57,726 nt of DNA from an uncultured Muribaculaceae bacterium (GTDB taxonomy: Bacteria > Bacillota_I > Bacilli_A > RF39 > UBA660). Below the pieces are notes generated by a model. The model was not told the origin of the DNA. It saw nothing but the letters and a program-made list of their open reading frames with translations, and ran no database searches. The stretch spans positions 1 through 57,726 of the forward strand of contig CAYQDO010000002.1 of NCBI GenBank assembly GCA_964416365.1, in the 5' to 3' direction. Numbering within the stretch: the first letter of the stretch is position 1; each line of letters opens with the position of its first letter. The position numbers and the translations under genes were made by a program. This document shows positions 14,925 to 24,370 of this stretch, one piece after another.

Positions 14925-16351
14925 TATTTCCACCCCTTTGCTATTAAATTTTTATAGCCTAGATGATTTTCAATGGCATATGCTATATTTAAAACATTAG
15001 CATCATCTTTGATTTTTCCAGTAATATTAATACCTACCGGAAGTTCATTTATCAAACCATTTGGTATAGTTATTGAAGGATAACCACCAAAGTTACCTAT
15101 CGCTAAGAATTGTTCATTTTTTAAATATGCTGGTACTTCTTCACCAAATTTAGGAGCAGGTTCTAAGCTAGCTGGTAATATTAACCCATCATATTTTTTA
15201 AATAATTTATTCATTTCATCAATGATTAATTTTCTAACCTTAGCCAAATTTATTAAATATTTCTTTTGATTTTCTCTTTTTAAAACAAATGAACCAATAA
15301 TAAATCTTCTCTTAATAAGTGGTGAGAAATTATTTGTACGATAATCGAACATCATTTCTTCAACGGTGGAACCTTTACCACGCGGACCAAAGATTAAACC
15401 GGTTAAGTTAGACATATTACTAGTAGCTTCAGCGCAAGCAATTGTAAAATATATTGGATAAATAGCATCTAATAATTTTTGATCAAATGTTTCTTCCACT
15501 ATTTCTATACCAAGTTCTTGGCATTTTTTAATAGTTTCTGCAAATAATTCTAAAGTTTTTTGAGTTTCAGGACGAATATCTGAATAATTATTAGGATCAC
15601 AAATATTTTTAAGATAAAATAGTTTCTTACCTTTAACATTACTATCTAAAGATTTAAATAAATTGATATTTGAACTATCCCAAGTTGTCATATCATAATC
15701 ATCTTTGCCTTTTATGATATCGGTAACAATTGCAGCATCTTTAACACTTCTGGTAAGTACACCGATGTGATCTAAAGATGAAGCAAAGGCAAATAAACCA
15801 TAGCGAGAAATCATACCATAGGTAGGCTTATAACCAACGACACCACAATAGGCAGCTGGTTTACGAATTGAATCTCCAGTATCACTCCCTAAAGCAAAAG
15901 GAACAACACCTGCGGCAACGACAGCTGATGAACCTGCTGATGAACCTGCCGTATGTCTATTCGTATCCCATGGATTTCTGACGGTACCCGTATGGCCAGT
16001 TGTACCAGAACCACCCATGCCTAGTTCATCCATGACGGTTTTTCCAATATTAACGGCTCCAGCTTCTTTTAATTTTTTAATACAAGTTGCATCAAAAAAT
16101 GGTACATAATCTTTTAAAGAATTAGAAGATGCAGTTGAAAGAATTCCAGCAGTTGATAAATTATCTTTAGCGGCATAAGGAATACCAGAAATTAAAGTTT
16201 TAATTTCCTCATTTGGTTTGGCGTCTTCTAAGATTGTAACAAACGGATTTAAAATATCTTGAGCTTTTTGAGCTTTATTAAAAGCTTCTTTTACTAAGGT
16301 TTCACTAGTAGTTTTTTTATTTAACAATTCTTCATGTAATTTTTCTATCAT
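14924..16351 (-). CDS. gatA: Asp/Glu-tRNA amidotransferase subunit A
   Basis: Amidase signature GGSSGGS-like (TAGSSAGSSAVVAAG) and GSDTGDSIRKPA. Confidence 0.95.
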   Translation of the reverse strand: MIEKLHEELLNKKTTSETLVKEAFNKAQKAQDILNPFVTILEDAKPNEEIKTLISGIPYAAKDNLSTAGILSTASSNSLKDYVPFFDATCIKKLKEAGAVNIGKTVMDELGMGGSGTTGHTGTVRNPWDTNRHTAGSSAGSSAVVAAGVVPFALGSDTGDSIRKPAAYCGVVGYKPTYGMISRYGLFAFASSLDHIGVLTRSVKDAAIVTDIIKGKDDYDMTTWDSSNINLFKSLDSNVKGKKLFYLKNICDPNNYSDIRPETQKTLELFAETIKKCQELGIEIVEETFDQKLLDAIYPIYFTIACAEATSNMSNLTGLIFGPRGKGSTVEEMMFDYRTNNFSPLIKRRFIIGSFVLKRENQKKYLINLAKVRKLIIDEMNKLFKKYDGLILPASLEPAPKFGEEVPAYLKNEQFLAIGNFGGYPSITIPNGLINELPVGINITGKIKDDANVLNIAYAIENHLGYKNLIAKGWK

Positions 16352-16647
16352 TATCCCACCACCTTAGGAACTTCTATTTGACGGTTGTCTTTAGCTTTGC
16401 AGTTAGATAGAAGAGACTCTATATCTGTACCTTCTTCAAAATCATCATCTTCTCGTAACTCATTTTCAAATAAATCAAAAGGATGAGTTTGGGGTTCTAC
16501 TTCTTCTAAACCATCAATTTGAGTAATTAAATCCATTTGTTCTTTTAAATAATCTAATTCTTGTAATACAGTATCTACTTCTTCATCAGTAACTTGAAAT
16601 AAGAGATTAGCTGCTAATTCATTTATTATATCTTTATTAAATTTCAT
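16351..16647 (-). CDS. gatC: Asp/Glu-tRNA amidotransferase subunit C
   Basis: 98-aa acidic protein with LEEVEPQTHP and REDD motifs. It overlaps aspS by 4 nt and gatA by 1 nt. Confidence 0.9.
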   Translation of the reverse strand: MKFNKDIINELAANLLFQVTDEEVDTVLQELDYLKEQMDLITQIDGLEEVEPQTHPFDLFENELREDDDFEEGTDIESLLSNCKAKDNRQIEVPKVVG

Positions 16648-18398
16648 TCTTTATCACCCTTTATCAGTGCGATGCCTAATTCATCTAATTGTTTGATATC
16701 TACTTCAGAAGGTGCTTCACACATTAAATCTGATGCTGATTGAGTTTTAGGGAATGTAATGACATCTCTAATATTGTCAGTATTATTTAAAAGCATGACA
16801 ATACGGTCTAAGCCAAAGGCAATTCCACCATGAGGAGGTGTGCCATATTTAAGCGCTTCTAGGAAGAATCCAAATTTTCTCTTTGCTTCTTCATCAGAAA
16901 TACCTAATGCTTTAAATACCTCAGCTTGCATCTTTGGATTATGGATTCTGATTGATCCACCACCTAGTTCATAGCCATTTAATACTAAATCGTAAGCAAC
17001 TGATGAGCAGTTGGCTGGATCATTTAATTTTTCAAGTGATTCTGGCATGGTAAATGGATGATGAGTAGTTACATAACGGTTTTCATTTTCAGAATATTCA
17101 AACATTGGAAAATCAGTAACAAATAAGAAATTATAGGTATTTTCTGGTATTAAATTAAAATCATTACCAATTTTTAATCTTAAAGCTCCTAAAGAGGCAA
17201 ATACTACTTTAGGTTTACCGCAAACAATTACAATTAAGTCGCCATTTTCGACATTAAATTTTTCTTTTATTATTGTTTGAATTTCTGGTTCTAAATTTTT
17301 AGCTATAACTCCACTAAACTCATTATTATCATATTTTAACCAAGCTAAACCTTTAGCTCCATATATTTTAACAAAATCGGTTAAACGATCAATTTCATTA
17401 CGAGAATATTGATTATTTTTAACAACGATACATTTAGCTATACCACCATCAGCGATAGCGCCCGCAAAAACATTCATAGAAGTATTTCTTAATTCTTCAG
17501 TTAAATCTTGTAGTTCTAAGCCAAATCTAGTATCTGGTTTATCACTACCAAAACGATTCATCGCTTCGGTATAAGTTAAACGTGGAAATTTATAATCAAT
17601 GGAAACATTTCCTGCTTCTTTCCAAACATGATTAATTAATTCTTCAGTCATTACTAAAATATCTTCTTGGTTAATGAAACTCATTTCAATATCAACTTGA
17701 GTAAATTCTGGTTGACGATCAGCTCTTAAATCTTCATCTCTAAAACATTTAGCAATTTGATAATATTTTTCAAATCCAGATATCATTAAAACTTGTTTAA
17801 ATAATTGTGGACTTTGAGGTAAAGCGTAAAACATACTACGATTAACTCTTGAGGGTACTAAATAGTCTCTAGCTCCTTCAGGAGTACTTTTACATAAGAT
17901 TGGAGTTTCAAAATCAATAAAGCCATGATTATCTAAATAAGATCTAAAAGCTTTATTAATTTTATGTCTTAAAATCATAATATTTTTTAATTTATCTCTT
18001 CTTAAATCTAAATAACGATATTTTAGAGCAATTTGTTCATTAATTTCTTTATCTTCATAAATATTAAATGGTACTGGATCTGCTTCACTTAAGATTATTA
18101 AGTTATCAGCCATAAGTTCTAATTCTCCGGTTGGAAGATTAGGATTTATTTCATTTTCTGCTCTTTTTTGTAGTTTACCAGTAACTTTAATACAATATTC
18201 ATTTTTTAGACTTTCCGCAAGGGTAAAATCATCTTTTAAAAACTCTCGATTAAAGACAACTTGCAAAAGACCAGAGCGGTCTCTTAAATCAACAAAGATA
18301 ACTCCGCCCATATCACGGCGTTTATTAACCCAGCCATAAACAGTTATTATTTCACCAACTTCTTTAGTTGTAAATTTTCCATTATCGTATTTTTTCAT
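16644..18398 (-). CDS. aspS: Aspartate--tRNA ligase
   Basis: 584-aa class IIb synthetase with FYALPQSPQLFKQ, the insertion (GAD) domain, and GGIAFGLDRIVML. Confidence 0.95.
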   Translation of the reverse strand: MKKYDNGKFTTKEVGEIITVYGWVNKRRDMGGVIFVDLRDRSGLLQVVFNREFLKDDFTLAESLKNEYCIKVTGKLQKRAENEINPNLPTGELELMADNLIILSEADPVPFNIYEDKEINEQIALKYRYLDLRRDKLKNIMILRHKINKAFRSYLDNHGFIDFETPILCKSTPEGARDYLVPSRVNRSMFYALPQSPQLFKQVLMISGFEKYYQIAKCFRDEDLRADRQPEFTQVDIEMSFINQEDILVMTEELINHVWKEAGNVSIDYKFPRLTYTEAMNRFGSDKPDTRFGLELQDLTEELRNTSMNVFAGAIADGGIAKCIVVKNNQYSRNEIDRLTDFVKIYGAKGLAWLKYDNNEFSGVIAKNLEPEIQTIIKEKFNVENGDLIVIVCGKPKVVFASLGALRLKIGNDFNLIPENTYNFLFVTDFPMFEYSENENRYVTTHHPFTMPESLEKLNDPANCSSVAYDLVLNGYELGGGSIRIHNPKMQAEVFKALGISDEEAKRKFGFFLEALKYGTPPHGGIAFGLDRIVMLLNNTDNIRDVITFPKTQSASDLMCEAPSEVDIKQLDELGIALIKGDKE

Positions 18399-18410
18399 TG
18401 TTTCCTCTTT

Positions 18411-19769
18411 CTAAAAGTCACAGTTATTTGGGGTTCTTGGGTATGGAATGACATCTCTAATATTATCTACTCCAGTTAAATAAATCAGTAATCTTTCAAA
18501 TCCCATCCCAAATCCACTATGAACAACACTACCGTACTTGCGTAAATCTAAATACCATGACATTTCCACTGGATTTAAATGTAGCTCTTTCATCCGTTTT
18601 ACTAATTTGTCGTAATTCTCTTCTCTTTGGCTACCACCAATTAATTCTCCAGCTTCAGGAACTAGTAAATCTACAGCGGCAACCGTTTCATTATCATCAT
18701 TTAATTTCATATAGAAAGCCTTAATATCTTTAGGCCAGTTATAAACAAATACTGGTCCATTAAAGTGTTCAGTAATATATTTTTCGTGTTCTTTAGCAAT
18801 ATCTTCGCCATATTCAGGAACAAAATCCCACTGCACATCAGCTTTCTTTAAAATATCTATAACCTCTTTATGAGTTACTTTGGTAAATGTACTAGTAATT
18901 AAATCTTCTAGTTTTTGAATTAAGCCTTTTTGGACAAAACTATCTAAAAAATTCATATCTTCTGGACATCTATCTAAAACTGCTTTAACAACATATTTAA
19001 GCATATCTTCCATGACATGCATATCATCATCTAAATTACAAAAAGCCATTTCAGGTTCAATCATCCAGAATTCACTGGCATGGGTCTTAGTATTAGAATT
19101 TTCAGCTCTAAAAGTAGGTCCAAAAGTATAGACTTTTTTATAAGCTAAAGCAAATGTTTCAGCTTCTAATTGACCAGAAACCGTAAGATTTGCTCTCTTT
19201 CCAAAGAAATCATCCTTATAGTCTGGTTTTACATTTAATTTGTCTATTTCTAAAGTAGTTACTTGGAACATATTACCAGCTCCTTCACAGTCACTTGCCG
19301 TAATTATGGGAGCATGAAAGTAAATAAAACCATTATTTTGAAAATATTCATGAATAGCAAAAGAGGTTACACTTCTGATTCTAAAAATAGCATTAAACAA
19401 ATTAGTGCGTGGTCTTAGATGAGCTATTGTTCTTAAGAATTCCCTTGTATGTCTTTTTGGTTGAATGGGATATGTTTCATCACAATCACCTAATAGCGTA
19501 ATTTTAGTAGCTTGAATTTCAAAAGTTTGGTTTCCTTGGCTTTCAATAACTTTTCCAGTTACTTCAATAGAAGAACCAATTAAAATCTTTTGAATCTCTT
19601 CAAAATCCTTATTTTCATCGGTATAAACTACTTGAATGCTTTTAAAATATGTACCATCAAATAAATCGATGAAACCAAATTTAGCTTGTTTACGATGATT
19701 TTTAATCCAACCACTAATGGTTACTTCTTTACCAATATTATTTTCTTTATATAAATCTTTTATATCCAT
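18411..19769 (-). CDS. asnS: Asparagine--tRNA ligase
   Basis: 452 aa with FRAENSNTKTHASEFWMIEPEMAF and GFGMGFERL. Confidence 0.93.
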   Translation of the reverse strand: MDIKDLYKENNIGKEVTISGWIKNHRKQAKFGFIDLFDGTYFKSIQVVYTDENKDFEEIQKILIGSSIEVTGKVIESQGNQTFEIQATKITLLGDCDETYPIQPKRHTREFLRTIAHLRPRTNLFNAIFRIRSVTSFAIHEYFQNNGFIYFHAPIITASDCEGAGNMFQVTTLEIDKLNVKPDYKDDFFGKRANLTVSGQLEAETFALAYKKVYTFGPTFRAENSNTKTHASEFWMIEPEMAFCNLDDDMHVMEDMLKYVVKAVLDRCPEDMNFLDSFVQKGLIQKLEDLITSTFTKVTHKEVIDILKKADVQWDFVPEYGEDIAKEHEKYITEHFNGPVFVYNWPKDIKAFYMKLNDDNETVAAVDLLVPEAGELIGGSQREENYDKLVKRMKELHLNPVEMSWYLDLRKYGSVVHSGFGMGFERLLIYLTGVDNIRDVIPYPRTPNNCDF

Positions 19770-19780
19770 ATTATTTCCTC

Positions 19781-21043
19781 TTATCTATGTGAATCTAAAT
19801 ATTCAACTAGATTATTAATATTTACTTTCTCTTCTTGTTTAGTTAAATTATCTTTAACATTAACTTCATTTTTCTCTAAATCTTGATCATTTAAAATTAC
19901 TAAATATTTAGCTTTTAAACGGTCGGCAGATTTAAATTCTCCTTTTAAGCCTTTATTTAAATAATCTGTTTCGGTAATAAAATCATTTAATCTTAAGTCT
20001 TGAGCTAAAAAAGCAGCAGTTTCTTTTTCAGAATCAGAAACATACATGATGTATACATCAATATCATCTTTGATAGCAAAGTTAACTCCAGTGTAAGTCA
20101 TGGCCATAACAGTACGATCATAACCCATCGCAAAGCCTACGGATGGAACGCTAGGACCATCTAATAATTCAATTAGACCATTATAACGTCCGCCACCACC
20201 TAAGGCTAAATTACCCATTTCTGGGACATCAGCTGTTACTTCAAATACAGTATGGTCATAATAATCAAGACCTCTAACTAAACGAGGATTCTCTTTATAT
20301 TTAATATCTAATAACTCTAAATATTCTTTTAATTTATTATATCTGTTTAGACTACATTGATTCAAATAATCGATAGTTTTAGGAGCATTTGCTAGAATCT
20401 CTTTTTCTCCATCAATTTTACAATCTAATACTCTTAACGGATTTTTTTCAAGACGTTCCTTGCAATCATCACATAATTCTGCTTTAAAAGGATTTATATA
20501 TTCTATTAAAGCCTTCCGATAATTGTCTCTTGATTCTTTATCACCTAAAGAATTAATATTAATGGTTACATCTTTTAAGCCTAAAATAGTATAAGTATTA
20601 TAAGCTAAACTAATAACATCTAAATCAGCTAAAACATCATCAGACCCAATTAGTTCAATACCGAATTGGGTCAGCTCACGATAACGACCTAGCTGTGGTC
20701 GATCATAGCGATACATTTTCTCATTATAGTAAACTTTAACCGGTTCAGTTTGATTACCATAAAGTTTATTTTCAATGTACCAACGACAAACACCAGCGGT
20801 TCCCTCTGGTCTTAAAGTTAGATTACGATCACCACGATCAACAAAATCATAAGTTTCTTTACTTACAATATCAGTAGCATCACCTATTCCCCTATGAAAT
20901 AGTTCACTTGCTTCAAAAACCGGGGTTTCTATATAAGCGTAATTATATTTTTCACAAATACTACGAAGAATATCATTCACATACATTCTTTTTTGAGATT
21001 CTTCTCCGTAAATATCCATAGTTCCTTTTTGTTTAGTTATCAT
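19781..21043 (-). CDS. hisS: Histidine--tRNA ligase
   Basis: KGTMDIYG, LRPEGTAGVCR, RYDRPQLGRYRE and GGGGRYNGL motifs. I prefer the ATG at 21043 (AAGGAG SD). The track's TTG at 21067 lies in the T-box terminator U-run. Confidence 0.95.
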   Translation of the reverse strand: MITKQKGTMDIYGEESQKRMYVNDILRSICEKYNYAYIETPVFEASELFHRGIGDATDIVSKETYDFVDRGDRNLTLRPEGTAGVCRWYIENKLYGNQTEPVKVYYNEKMYRYDRPQLGRYRELTQFGIELIGSDDVLADLDVISLAYNTYTILGLKDVTININSLGDKESRDNYRKALIEYINPFKAELCDDCKERLEKNPLRVLDCKIDGEKEILANAPKTIDYLNQCSLNRYNKLKEYLELLDIKYKENPRLVRGLDYYDHTVFEVTADVPEMGNLALGGGGRYNGLIELLDGPSVPSVGFAMGYDRTVMAMTYTGVNFAIKDDIDVYIMYVSDSEKETAAFLAQDLRLNDFITETDYLNKGLKGEFKSADRLKAKYLVILNDQDLEKNEVNVKDNLTKQEEKVNINNLVEYLDSHR

Positions 21044-21061
21044 ATTTTCTTCTCCTTTATA

Positions 21062-21272
21062 AAACAAAAAACACCAGCCTATGTAAGGACGAGTAAATAT
21101 ACCCGCGGTGCCACCTTACTTTACTAGTGTACTCTCCTGATTCTTATCGCGAATTCACGTTGTTTTTTAAAAGACTGTTCTTGTTTATATTTCTACTTAG
21201 GCATTCTCACCGGCTAGCCTTCTCTTATAGTAGATTATTATAAACCTCTGTTCTTTCAAAACAATTGCTTCC
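21062..21272 (-). promoter_or_regulatory. T-box riboswitch leader
   Basis: On the minus strand: Stem I with an AGAGA bulge and a GGUGAGA distal loop. T-box sequence AAGGUGGCACCGCGGG (21102-21116). Antiterminator GUAAGG/CCUUAC. A U-run precedes the hisS SD. Confidence 0.85.
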
Positions 21273-21277
21273 CCATA

Positions 21278-21306
21278 ATTTTACTTAAAAATATGGGTTT
21301 TGTCAA
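21278..21306 (-). promoter_or_regulatory. Sigma-A promoter of the T-box operon
   Basis: On the minus strand: TTGACA (21301-21306), 17-nt spacer, TAAAAT (21278-21283). Confidence 0.7.
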
Positions 21307-21316
21307 TCATATTGAC

Positions 21317-23074
21317 TCAGATATTTTGTAAATAGTTATATAAGTCTTCGGCAACTTTAATTGGTATATAGTTTTTAAGTTCGTCTAATGATTTTTCTTT
21401 CATATTTTTAACACTACCAAAGGCTTTAATTAATTCTTTTTTACGCTTATTACCTATCCCAGGAATATTATCAAGAACACTGGCAATAGTGCCTTTACTT
21501 CTAATTTGTTTATGATAATTAATGGTATACCTATGAACCTCATCTTGAATTCTGGTTAAATAATGAAATAGTTTACTAGTTTTATCGATGTTATAAGTCT
21601 CTAAAGAGTCTCCATCAAGTAAATCATTAGTTTTATGATAATCATTTTTTACTAGGCCACATATTTTTATTTTTAAATTTAGGATATCTAGAACCTCTTT
21701 AGTGGCTCTTATTTGATTAATTCCCCCATCGACTATAATTAACTCTGGAAGCTCATCTTTCTCTACTAAAGCGCGATAATAACGTCTATAGATAACTTCT
21801 TTCATGGTGTTGTAATCATCATTTTTTTCTAAAAGAATTTTATACTTACGATAATTATTTTTAGCTGGTAAACCATTTATGAAAACCACCATCCCAGACA
21901 CCGAAAATGATCCAAATAGATTGGAATTATCAAAGACATCTATCCGGGTAATATCAATTCCAATCAGAGCGGATAATTCATCATTAGCTCCGCTAGTTCT
22001 TTCTAATTTATTCATGGCTTTTTTAAAATTATTTTCATGATTAATTTTAGCATTTTCTCTAGCTAATAATAATAGTTTTTTCTTTGGACCCCTTGTAACA
22101 TAAACAAATTTAGTATCAATAACTTTACTTAACATTTCTCTATTAATATCCTCTGATAAATAGATTTCTTTAGGAATTTCTCTTTTTTGATAAAATAAAG
22201 ATATATATGCTTCTAATTCTTCTAAATAGTTATCAGTTACCGCAAAGATATCATTAAATGAACCTATCAGTTTTCCCGTCCTAATAAATAAGATTTCAAT
22301 AGCTAGATAACCATTATCAAAATAATAATTGATAACGTCCATATCTTCTTTATTAAGAAATTGAACTTTTTGTTTTTCTAAAACTACTTTCATATATTCT
22401 AGTTCTCTTTTAAGTTCTAAAGCTAATTCATAGTTCATTTCCTCAGAGTAGTAGTTTATTTTCTCTAAAAGTTTATTTTTAATAATATCTTCATTACCTT
22501 TTAAAAATGATATTATTTCGGTTTCCATTTGATTAATCGCTTCTTCGGGTATTTCTTTAACGCAGTAGCCTAAACATTCGTGAATATGATAATAAAGACA
22601 AACATCCTTAGGCATTCCATCACACTTCTTTAAAGGATATAACCTATTAATTAAATACACTATTCTCCTTGCTGCATAAGCATTGACATAAGGACCAAAA
22701 AGAAGCCTATCTTTATTTTTTTTAATCTTTAAATATCTGACAATTTTTAATTTAGGAAAAGGTTTCTTTTGATACTCAATATAAGGATAACTTTTATCAT
22801 CCTTAAGTAAAATATTATATTTTGGATTATATTCTTTAATTAAATTTAATTCTAAGATAAAAGACTCTAGTTCAGATGAGGTAACAATATATTTAAAGTA
22901 AGCAATTTCACTAACCATTTTGGCAGTTTTACCAGTATTAGTTCCACGAAAATAAGAACTTAACCGTTTCTTTAAGTCTTTAGCTTTACCGACATAGATA
23001 ATGATATTATTAGCATTATGCATTAAATAACAGCCTGGCTTGTTAGGAACTAATTTCAATTCTTCTTTAAACAT
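21317..23074 (-). CDS. uvrC: Excinuclease ABC subunit C
   Basis: 585 aa with an N-terminal GIY-YIG domain (GCYLMHN...IIYVGKA), a UVR domain, and a C-terminal (HhH)2 domain. Confidence 0.95.
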   Translation of the reverse strand: MFKEELKLVPNKPGCYLMHNANNIIIYVGKAKDLKKRLSSYFRGTNTGKTAKMVSEIAYFKYIVTSSELESFILELNLIKEYNPKYNILLKDDKSYPYIEYQKKPFPKLKIVRYLKIKKNKDRLLFGPYVNAYAARRIVYLINRLYPLKKCDGMPKDVCLYYHIHECLGYCVKEIPEEAINQMETEIISFLKGNEDIIKNKLLEKINYYSEEMNYELALELKRELEYMKVVLEKQKVQFLNKEDMDVINYYFDNGYLAIEILFIRTGKLIGSFNDIFAVTDNYLEELEAYISLFYQKREIPKEIYLSEDINREMLSKVIDTKFVYVTRGPKKKLLLLARENAKINHENNFKKAMNKLERTSGANDELSALIGIDITRIDVFDNSNLFGSFSVSGMVVFINGLPAKNNYRKYKILLEKNDDYNTMKEVIYRRYYRALVEKDELPELIIVDGGINQIRATKEVLDILNLKIKICGLVKNDYHKTNDLLDGDSLETYNIDKTSKLFHYLTRIQDEVHRYTINYHKQIRSKGTIASVLDNIPGIGNKRKKELIKAFGSVKNMKEKSLDELKNYIPIKVAEDLYNYLQNI

Positions 23075-23137
23075 AAGTCATCACTTCTTTATTATACTAA
23101 ATTTCTTAATTATAGTATAATATAAAAAGGTGTTATT

Positions 23138-23491
23138 ATGAAATTAATAAGTACATCTTCTATTGAAGAAAAGAAAAGTAAATTTTATGGTTTTCTTTAT
23201 GATTTAGATAATGTAAATGAAATTAAAATAATTTTAAATGAATTAAAAGACAATCATAAGAAAGCAGTTCATTTTCCTTATGCTTATAAATTTATTAATA
23301 CAGCAGGAAAAACCGATGATAAGGAACCAAATAATACAGCAGGTATTCAAATCTTAAATGTTTTGGATCGCTATAATTTAAATAAACATATATTAATTGT
23401 TGTACGTTATTTTGGTGGTAAGAAATTAGGAGCTCCACTTCTTTTAAGAACTTATGCTAAATGTGCAAATGAATGTATAAAAACTAAATAA
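23138..23491 (+). CDS. YigZ/IMPACT-family protein (N-terminal domain only)
   Basis: KKSKFYGF...DDKEPNNTAGIQIL...VVRYFGGKKLGAPLLLRTY matches the UPF0029 pattern. Confidence 0.75.
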   Translation: MKLISTSSIEEKKSKFYGFLYDLDNVNEIKIILNELKDNHKKAVHFPYAYKFINTAGKTDDKEPNNTAGIQILNVLDRYNLNKHILIVVRYFGGKKLGAPLLLRTYAKCANECIKTK

Positions 23492-23509
23492 TTACATAAT
23501 TTTTATTAG

Positions 23510-23881
23510 GTGATTATTTTGATAAATAAACTAATAAATTATGGGAAAGCTTTAATTGTACCCTTAGCCATCATTATCCTAGCCCCAATTTTTTTAGCTA
23601 TTTTAAATATGTTAGGGGTTAGAACTTATGATGTTATTCCATTAATCATAATGATTATTATCTCGCTAATAGCAGGGTTAACAATAGGCTCTAAAATAGA
23701 TAAGCATGGTTATCTCCATGGAATTATTTTAGGAATTGTTCTTTCGTTAATTATGTTTTTATTCAGTCTAATATTTGATAGCAGCTATAAATTAAGCTCG
23801 TTGATATATTATCTTATTATTGTTGGATCAACTACCGTAGGATCAATGATAGGAATTCAAAAAAACATTAAAAAAAACTAA
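23510..23881 (+). CDS. Small 4-TM membrane protein (YrzE/TIGR04086-like)
   Basis: 123 aa with four hydrophobic segments and a GTG start. The family assignment is tentative. Confidence 0.5.
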   Translation: MIILINKLINYGKALIVPLAIIILAPIFLAILNMLGVRTYDVIPLIIMIIISLIAGLTIGSKIDKHGYLHGIILGIVLSLIMFLFSLIFDSSYKLSSLIYYLIIVGSTTVGSMIGIQKNIKKN

Positions 23882-23926
23882 GATTTTAAAGTGTACTAAA
23901 TAGGGTTCACTTCATTTTCCTAGTTT

Positions 23927-24370
23927 TTATTTATTTTTAGAATCAATGATTATTGTAACTGGGCCATCATTTTCAATATTAATAAGCATTTCAGCTCCAA
24001 AAACTCCAGGATATGTTTTGATTTGTTCGTTCAGTTTTTGATTAAATTGTTCATATAAGACAATACTTTTTTCACTTCTCATGGCATTAATATAACTTGG
24101 TCTGTTACCATCTTTAGTACCAGCTTGTAAAGTAAACTGACTAATTGATAAGATTTCTCCGTTTATCTCTTGAATACTTTTATTCATGATACCTTTTTCA
24201 TCGTCAAATACTCTTAAATTTAAAATTTTTCTAACTAGATAGTCAATATCTTCTTCATTATCATCTTTAGCTATCCCTACTAAAATTACAAAGCCTTTAC
24301 CTATTTTATTTATTAATTTGTTATTTACAGAAACGCTTCCACTTTGACATCTTTGAATAACTACTTTCAC
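23927..24370 (-). CDS. dtd: D-aminoacyl-tRNA deacylase
   Basis: MKVVIQR...SQFTL...GNRPSY...DGPVTI. 4-nt overlap with rel, as in Bacillus. Confidence 0.93.
   Translation of the reverse strand: MKVVIQRCQSGSVSVNNKLINKIGKGFVILVGIAKDDNEEDIDYLVRKILNLRVFDDEKGIMNKSIQEINGEILSISQFTLQAGTKDGNRPSYINAMRSEKSIVLYEQFNQKLNEQIKTYPGVFGAEMLINIENDGPVTIIIDSKNK

Noticed and set aside
21062-21272. Assuming the T-box is His-specific because hisS is the first gene
   Set aside because: There is no CAC/CAU in Stem I, and the T-box variable base (C) pairs with G73, not the C73 of tRNA-His.
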